Of a DNA stretch of 64,000 nucleotides, positions 54,317 through 64,000 are shown one piece after another. The DNA comes from Eledone cirrhosa (lineage: Eukaryota). The stretch is from assembly GCA_964016885.1 (NCBI GenBank), contig OZ024743.1, positions 102,796,001 through 102,860,000 of the forward strand, read 5' to 3'. A model generated the notes under the pieces. That model was not told the origin of the DNA. It saw nothing but the letters and a program-made list of their open reading frames with translations, and made no database searches. The position numbers were made by a program, and so were the translations under genes. Position 1 is the stretch's first letter. Each line of letters starts with the position of its first letter.

Positions 54317-54925
54317 TCGGGTCATAAGTTGGTGCTACTGGTAACATGTATCCCAGTTACAACCTGTCTCATGGTCGGGTCGTTGGCGACTAAACTGGCA
54401 ACCCCACCAAGGTTTCTTGGTGAGGAGGGTGACTTTGGACATCCTGCAGGACTAAAAACAAAACCTGTCAAAGGGCAAAGGAGCTCTTAAGAGTCAATGG
54501 CCATCCAAAATCACCGGGAGAGATGACCCCTTCGCCTTTGTCAAGGCAGAATTCTAGGAGAAGGAAAACTCTGATATAACACCAGCAACCCTGACGGTAT
54601 CCAATGATGTTGACTTGTTCTTCTTTTTGGTAAATATCATCTTGGTTAAGAGAGTGGGACTGGCTTTGTGCAGTGCCTTTGCTCACTATAAAAGCTTCAC
54701 GGCACAGGCATTACTTTATATCTGGAGATCTCTCTGCACTTGTCGTTACATCGTACAATGGGCCCAGCACTATGTGTCAATAATTGTCACAAGTGCAGTG
54801 TTTAAACCAGAGTTTTCAAGTTGCTGGCTGGACTAAAAAGTCACACTCGTTCAGCGCAACGGTAGGGGTTCTCCTACATGGATATAAAGTAGTGGCCGTA
54901 CTCGAAAACGAGTTGGCAGTCACCA
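54317..54925 (+). mobile_element. Non-autonomous RTE-related short element, copy 2
   Basis: Colinear with 723-1248. Confidence 0.7.
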
Positions 54926-55013
54926 TATATATATGTATATATATATATATGTATATATATATGTATATATATATGCATATATATATATGTATGTATATAG
55001 TAGATATATACAG

Positions 55014-55048
<35 letters not shown>

Positions 55049-55399
55049 TATATCTCCCACTCTCAAGCGTCAAACTAATATCAACATTTGTACTGCCTCT
55101 TCGCTTCCACGTTGTTGTTTTTTTTGTTTTTGTTTACCGTCTCAACTATAAAATAGATATTTATGTAATGGTAGATCTTTGTAGACCCTGTCACAAACAT
55201 ATGTACGAAACACACCCCACCAAAACCTGTGAACAAAACTAAGTGCAGTATTCCCCAAAACAGAAAAACAATTATCAGAAAAATTAAATGAACAAACAAA
55301 AAAATTAACCCACTAAAATACAGCCAACAGCAACACATTCATTCGGCGGCTATCACCCTGCTTTATTAAAAACATTATGAACTCCAACAATGTATGATG

Positions 55400-57297
55400 A
55401 CCATCATCAATAACCAGAGAACAGCTGGCTTTGACCATTGAGAAAATCAAACTCAACCCCAAAGTGTTCTTTTCATTTACTAAAAAACACAAGGTCACTG
55501 TCTCCACTGTTGGCCCTCTAGTTGATGAAAATGGCACACTCCAAGATAATGCCAATACCATGGGCGAGATACTGCAGAAATAATACTGCTCTGTTTTCAG
55601 CAATCCTGATATGGCCAATCTGGGCTGTATCAGTGATGTTAATCCCCAACACACTATATCGGACATAACGTTTGGCGGCCCTAATGTCTTAAAGCGGCAA
55701 TAAACGAAATTAAACAATTCAGCAGTAGGCCCCGACAGGTTCCCTGCTTGTGTCCTGAAGGTGTGTCGACACCAACTTGCATCTCCTCTTGCTAATCTGT
55801 GGAGGAACACACTGGATGCTGGCTATATTCCTGAAAACTTTCTGTCCCAGTCTGTTGTCGCAGTCTTCAAAATAAGAAATAAGTTCCTTGCAGTGAACTA
55901 CCGTCCGATCTCACTCCCCTCTCATATTATCAAGGTATTTGAGAGGGTGGTGAGATCACGAATAACCCACTTTATTGAAAGCAACGGCCTGCTGAACCCC
56001 AGCCAACATGGGTTCCGTAATGGAAGGGATTGCCTAACGCAGCTCCTGCATCACTTTGACGATGTTTTGAGAGCCTTGGGAGAGGGGCCCCAACACTGAT
56101 GTCATCTACCTTGATTTCAGCAAGGCCTTTGACAGGGTTGATCATAAGATTCTACTGAAAAGACTATCCAATATTGGTGTCTCTGGAAAGTTACTACAGT
56201 GGATCAAATGTTTCCTGACAGACAGAACCCAAAATGTTGTAGTCAAAGGAGTAAAATGAAGCCCTGTCGAGTCAGCAGTGGCGTTCCACAAGGCACTGTG
56301 TTGGGCCCACTTTTTTCATCATCTACATTAATGAAATTACTGACATCATGAAGCACAGCAACTTACGAATCTTCGCAGATGATTCCAAGCTCCAAAGGGT
56401 CATCAATGAGGTGGATGACCGGACTTGCCTTCTGTCAAACCTAGTGGCTGTTATGCAATGGGCAGAAAAAATAATATGCTGTTGAATGAGGATAAGTTTG
56501 AATTAATCAACTTTGGAAAAAAGGATGCCCTGAAACTATCATACTCTCTTCCTTTGGGTGAAACTCTAGTGGCATCCAACTACATCAGAGACCTGGGAGT
56601 AATTGTGGACAACAATATAAGCTGGGCCACTCATATAATCAGCAAAGTTTACATGGCCAGCAGAATGTGTTCGTGGAATCTCAGAACCTTCCAGTCGAGA
56701 GATATCCCCACTCTTACCCTTCTCTTCTCCACTTTTTCCCGACTCCACCTTGAATACTGTTGTCCACTGTGGTCTCCCCACACGAAACAAAGTATCATGA
56801 AAGTTGAAGCACCCCAAAGATTACAAAAAAGATATATGTCATGACAGGCCTTGACTATTGGAGTCGATTAGTAAAGCTCAACCTTTATTCTCTCCAACGT
56901 CGCCGTGAGCGTACATTATCTGCATGATATGAAAAATATTCCATCAGCTTTTCCCAAATGATGTTGGCATCACCTGTAATGTACACCCAAGGCTTGGGCC
57001 TCGTGTTATCTCACTCGCATCTCATAACAACAATACGGCACAATTTTTTCACCTCAATTGGCCCTGCTCTCTTTAACATTACACCAAAACACATCAAAAC
57101 AGAAACAGACCCCCATCAAGTTCAAGAAGTCTTTGGACAAATTCCTTCAAGAAATCCCGGATATGCCTCCGTAAACAATAACTCTCTGCTCGAGTGAGCC
57201 ATGGTGCCCAAAATCTGATTTGTAAGACTTCGCCAGGTGGTGCTATTAAGTTAGACATGGCCTGGGCCAATACTGGCCGAAAAACCTATCAAAGTTA
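55400..57297 (+). mobile_element. CR1-clade LINE, 5'-truncated and disrupted
   Basis: NYRPISL, QHGFR, YLDFSKAFDRV, SGVPQGTVLGP, FADD, LEYCCPLWSP, LYSLQRRRERY. Confidence 0.92.
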
Positions 57298-58479
57298 TAT
57301 ATAAATATATGTGTATATATATATATATATATACACACACATATATATATATATATATACATACATACATATATATACGCACACACATATATATACGCAC
57401 ACACATATATATATATATCAATCCAATTATCAAGCTATCTACTAATATATGTGTGTTTGTGTACATATTTGTGTGCACGCGTGTGTGAATAGTTTTTTAT
57501 GTGTGCATGCATGCACGTCTGTTTATATTGTATTTCTGAAGAAGATGTCATACATTACTTGCAGTCTGACCTAAATTCATTGTCCTTGTATCACAAAAGC
57601 AACATATATCATGAAAGTAATTACTATATTCCATATAAAAACAACATTTAAAAAATGCACCTCTTTCATTACACAATGAAGATATTAGAAATTATTCTAT
57701 GTGTAACCAATGACGTCTCTGGAATTCATACAAATCAATGTGCACTTTAAGGTTGGGTTATAATTAAAATCTATAGATAACATGGCATACATGACTTAAT
57801 TTCCTCTATATTCACATAGGTATCTACATTTCCTGCATATGTATGCCTAGATCTTGAAAATGATGGAGATTTTATTTAATACAATTACATTTCTAGTGTC
57901 CTTTCTACATACTCGCTGCTTTTATATCAGGAGAGTACATAAAAAAATATGTATATGGGGGTACATATGATATGTTTATGTATAATAACCATATGTAAAT
58001 CTGACTCTGAATGTTTAAGCTGTGATTATGTCACGGCTAACTCAGGAGCCATGTGAGAATGTCAGAACCTGTTTGGTATTCATTGTAATTCTCATTTTAT
58101 TTTACTTTGTGTATCTCTGTTTTTGAGTGTGTTTTTTTTATTTTCTACAAAATATGCTTATATATATATTTACTCAATACGCTACCATGTTCGAGATTAT
58201 TCTATTTTGTGGAGTAAACTGTGATGTCTATCAAAGATTGTTGATGCCCGAAAGAATATTTAATACATTGTTGAGTTTTAAGATTTCATATTTGAAGATC
58301 TCATCATGTCTTAGTCTCTGTCCATATGCATGTGTGTATGATATTCTGTCTTTATTGTTTTAAAACTAATTTATCATCAATCGACAGCGAAAACCTTTTT
58401 CTAACACAGAAATAATCTCTCATTTAAAATTAGACATCAACTAGGTAATTATATGTATGTCTGGTCTGACTAAGTATCC

Positions 58480-61420
58480 GTGTCCAGTTATGGATGTCAT
58501 TGCATTGTTACTTGTTCCTTGTTGCAATTCCATTATAGTATCCTCAATTTCTAATTAGCTGTAGCATTCCTCGTTAGATACCATCGAAGCAGTTAGGCCA
58601 TTGAGGAAAATGTTGCGAGCGTAGCTTCTAGTTTTCTTTCCTTTTCTTTCCTTTACACTCATATAAGAACATTTATCCTTACCAAAGTCCATCCCTATAT
58701 AATTCGAGAACCTCGCTATCAGATCATTGTTATGACATTCAAACCATTTATATTCTGGGCACAGATTTTCAATTCATTCACAAGGAAGCTATGCCTGAGG
58801 TTAGCGTTTCTGGTCTCCCGTGGACTAATTACGTAGCCTTTATATTTTCTCAGCATAAAGGACTACAGGTTTATCGACACTATAAGTAGCCTCACCAAGA
58901 GACTGCCTCTCTGAAATATATATCCCTGCGATACAATACAATCCTTCCCTATATTTAAATTCAGGATAGTGGCCAAGGACGAAGATATTAGTCATCATTG
59001 TCTTGAATTATGTTATGCTTACTTTTGACAAACGTTGTTTGTTGGCGTAATTTAATAATCTAGCTGTGGGCGAAGTTCATCTCAATGTAAATTCATTGCA
59101 TTTATATAGTTAACAGCGAGATCATTTCTTAAATAAATCCTTATTGGATTCATAATACCAAGAGAAATGTGATTTATAGTTTCGGATTCGTCTGTAGCTA
59201 CAACTAAAAAGATTTTCTTCACATTTCCCGCTGTTGTCTTTCTTCGATTCTTCACCAGTGTTGTTATTGATCTTGTGTAACAAATCCTTGTGTTGTGATT
59301 CCAAGTTTGAGACGGATAACTCTACTGTTTTGAATAAAAGGTCTCTTCAATGAATGTGATCAGAAGAATATCCAGTTGTGGTTGTGGCATTACTGTAGAA
59401 CAAAGGAAACAATATTTCCTTTGGAATTTCCATTGCTGACACTGTCTACCGCTCGCAAATCCTGGCAGAAGGAACAAGGTGAAATAAAGGAAATAGTATT
59501 CATTTTAAATTCAATGAATAGTCACCCATGCAACTGCTCGCGCCTAATGCATGTATATAAGTGTATGTATGTATGCCTGTATGTGTGTATGAATGTATGT
59601 ATGTATGAATGTATGCATGTATGTATGTGTGCATATCGGGTCACTCTTGAGTGCTACTGGTTACATGTAATCCAGTACAACCTGTCGCATGGGCGGGTCG
59701 TCGGCGACTAAACCGGCAACCTCTCCAAGTTTACTTAGTGAGGAGGGTGATTTTCGACACACTGCAGAACAAAAAACAAAACCTGACAAAGGGCGGAAGA
59801 ACTCATAAGAGTCAACCGCCATCCGAAAGTGTGTAAATATGTATATACACATGTACCGCGCGGTTAAACCACTTGGAGTGAAGGACCCCTAGCCTTTATC
59901 AGGGCATTCTTCTAGGAGAAGGCAACTCAGGAAACTGGGATAACCCAATATAAAACCTGCGGCTCAGTAGTTGCCGATGATGTCGATCTTTTCTTCTTTT
60001 CGAGTTATAGCTACTGTACTCAGAGAGTGGGATTGGCTCAGTACACAGTCTTTCCTCACTTTAAAAAATATCTTCATGCACAGGCATTGCAGGGTAGAAT
60101 TAATTAATAATTATTAATAATGGTGTATCGTGCAATTGCCATACTCGATAACGAGGGGGCAGCCATCATGAATGCATGTATGTATGTATGTATGTATGTA
60201 TGCATATGTATGTATATATGCATATATGTATGTGTGTGTGGATGTATGCATATATGTATATATGCATTTATGTATGTGTGTGGATGTATACATGTTTGTA
60301 TGTGTGTTACCCTTTTTTTTATTAATTATTTGAATTCTTCATATAAAGAAACAAAGGTTCGTATGAAATATAAACCACTTCAACATAAATAGACATATGT
60401 TCAGAAATATAACACAATCTATCGAGGCATTTGGTGGCTGTTTATATCTATGACAACCTTGGTTATATTTGGAGGCTTTCCTGACTTAGTTATTTTAATC
60501 CAATTTAAAAACTGGTAAGGTGTTTGTTGAGGAGAATTTGGTTGCTACAGGTCAAGTTCATACATCGCAGCTGTCTTGTTTGGTCCTCAGTGTTTATTTC
60601 CCCATTGATTGTAACTGATTGGCATTTACTTGTTTCAGTAAGTGTTGTATATCCATAAGCAAAATTTAAGCTCTCCATGAGAATCATTCCATTAGTTAAA
60701 TTACTTACAAATACAATATTGTTTCGAACCTGTTCAAATTATTTAATCATCTCAACACTAACATGTTTATATTATTATCATTATTCAGAAACCATAATTA
60801 TTGTTATTATTATTATTATTATCATCATCATCATCGTTATTATTATTATTACTATTATTAATTGCGCTAGTTAAACCTTATAGTCAATCAAGACGTTTAG
60901 CTTCTACGATATGATAGCAATTCTCGTGCCAGGTCAAGAGTTATCCATCACGTTACTTGAACTTTGTGTTAACACTGTCATATCTCCAGTTAAATCAAAC
61001 CAATTTAATACAAAATTACCGGCATTGCTTCTCCTTACCGAAAATATCAAATGCTGCTCTTATTTTTAACTTTCTCCCCAACACTTTCAACTTCCGTTAT
61101 TGTCAGTCATATTGGCCTTTCAATTCATTTGCTATCCTCTTATTGCCTTTATCAGACAGCCATTATCTCACTTGATTACATTCTATTGATCTGCAAGTCA
61201 GCAATATTCCAATCATGTTTTCTCTTCTTTTTTCTTTATCGATTTCTTTTATATCTTTTATTTATTTTTATTTTTCATACACATCAAAAGGAAAAGATGA
61301 AGAATGTCTGTTCTTTAATTTGCTGTCTCCAAAATTCTACAGCTTTTGTTTCTATTGTTCCTACTCTTCTTGTAATGTTTTTCACATCCTATTCAAGGGC
61401 CTTTGTATTCTTTGTCTGAT
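58480..61420 (-). pseudogene. Highly decayed R4/Dong-like LINE interrupted by other repeats
   Basis: FSNYIGMDFGKDKC (about 58680) and an IDYK-like motif (about 60880); boundaries uncertain. Confidence 0.45.
59636..60170 (+). mobile_element. Non-autonomous RTE-related short element, copy 3
   Basis: Colinear with 723-1248 and 54317-54925. Confidence 0.7.
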
Positions 61421-61734
61421 GAATATAAATAGGAATACATACATATATATATATATATATATACTTTTTCTTAAATGATTCTGTCACTTTATTTCACCTA
61501 AATTACTAAGATAGATATATATATTGTATACTTCTTAATATCTGACACTTATGCTGAGTCCAAGGTAAGTAGAAAACTGCATGAGCAATAAGATATGATA
61601 GTATGAGGGATGTGGCGTTGAAGGACAGAGCAAGAAATAATTATAGATAGATATGGATAACTGTGAGTGAGAGTGAGAGTTGTCAATGTAAAAGATCGTG
61701 GAGGAAAGTGAGAAAGAGAGACGTATAGAGTTAA

Positions 61735-61920
61735 TGATAACTGTTTCTACTTTTTGGCACAAGGCCAGCAATTACTCAGTACATTACTGGTACTTTGTTT
61801 TATCGACCCCGTAAGGATGAAAGGCAACGTTAACCTCAGCGGGATTTGAACTCAGTCCGTAAAGAGAGCTAACTCTGCTGCAAAGCATGGTGTCCGACTT
61901 TCTACCGATACTGCCAATCA
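61735..61920 (-). mobile_element. SINE-A copy
   Basis: Reverse complement of the consensus. Confidence 0.92.
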
Positions 61921-62011
61921 ACCACGAGACGAAGGTAGGGGTAATGATGGAATTATTGGATATGGGCAGATCAACTGCACGCAGTTATTCTCTCTCTCTC
62001 TCTCTCTCTCC

Positions 62012-62063
<52 letters not shown>

Positions 62064-62102
62064 CTCTCTCTATCTATCTATCTCTCTTTCACTCTCGCTC
62101 TA

Positions 62103-63016
<914 letters not shown>

Positions 63017-63172
63017 ATAATAATAAATTTTAAGACTAAAATCCAAAGAGGGCTCGATAAGGATAAATATATAACAAATATATAAGAACCGTAGAGCAAA
63101 TATTTATTAAAATAACAGATTAACGTTTAAGCAAAGAATCGCTGCTTTCACCCTTAACGGGATGTTCTGAAA

Positions 63173-64000
63173 CTACTCTATTCGGCTTATTAACCCTACG
63201 AAGACGATTTAGGTAGACTTAGTAAAAGGATTCTTGATAGAATTATACCTGAAATTAGAAGTTTGGCCCCTCTTGCACTGTGGAACAATTCTTTCGCGGT
63301 GATTCATTGGTTCAACGGCATATGCAACAAGGAACATTGCCGTTTTATCCAATTCGACATCAATAATTACTAATCCTCCATCACTTTACCACTTCTCCTT
63401 GGAGCTATCAATTTCGGTAAAACACTCACAGTGGTTAAAAATTTCGAAGTTGATGTCATTCCCGTAAGTCGGTGATTAATTTCGACGATTCTATTTGGAT
63501 TAAAAAATCTAATAGTACCCCATTCGACGTGAGTATGGGCGCCAGCGATTCTGCGGAGGTTACTAATCTTATCGGCCTTTTCCTTCTTTTCTCTATCAAG
63601 GAAGAATTCCCCAACGTGGGCGGTGGTTTGTACCGTGATGATGGTCTTTTGACCATGACTAAGTGCGGCCCACGTGCTTGCGACAGGTTCAGAAAAGAAC
63701 TCACAGCCTTCTTTAAAGGCTTCACCTTCTCCATACAGGTTGAGGCCAACCTCTCGGTCGTTAATTACCTCGACATTACCCTCAATTTATCGAATGGCTT
63801 GCATTACCCGTATAGAAAGCCGAATGATACGCTTAATTACATAAGTAAGCATTCTAACCATCCTGCCAGCATAACCAAGAACTTGGTAAGAAACGTTTCT
63901 TTGAGGCTTTCCCGTCTATCTACTAACGAGCATATTTTCAATGACCATTCCACATATTACAATGAAGCTCTTGCTTGGAGTGGATTTGTCGACAAGGTAG
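63173..64000 (+). pseudogene. Penelope-like reverse transcriptase (Naiad-like), runs off the window end
   Basis: IRLINP, FIQFDI, FDVSMGASDSAEV, GLYRDDGL, VNYLDI, YRKPND…SNHP. Confidence 0.9.

Overview
AT-rich, microsatellite-dense animal genomic DNA, probably an octopod cephalopod (inferred from the SINE families). No host gene exon could be recognised, and most ORF-track entries are translated microsatellites. The window is almost entirely transposon-derived. It holds about 19 copies or fragments of one tRNA-derived SINE, R4/Dong-like RLE LINEs and a near-full-length L1/Tx1-like LINE stacked in (TAA)n repeats, CR1, RTE and CRE fragments, an internally deleted Helitron and a piggyBac-like MITE. 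The most distinctive content is a set of Penelope-like element (PLE) remnants (RT and GIY-YIG fragments) sitting in (TA)n tracts. Many are fold-back (inverted-repeat) structures. Together they carry about a dozen hammerhead-ribozyme (HHR) motifs read by eye, some in both polarities, some with atypical cores or large stem II insertions. One HHR lies in a 436-bp partial tandem repeat resembling a retrozyme. A conserved TAC(A)CTCT...CATCGAGTRCTCA motif marks the fold-back boundary across otherwise unrelated families. All RNA structures are manual predictions and none is tested.
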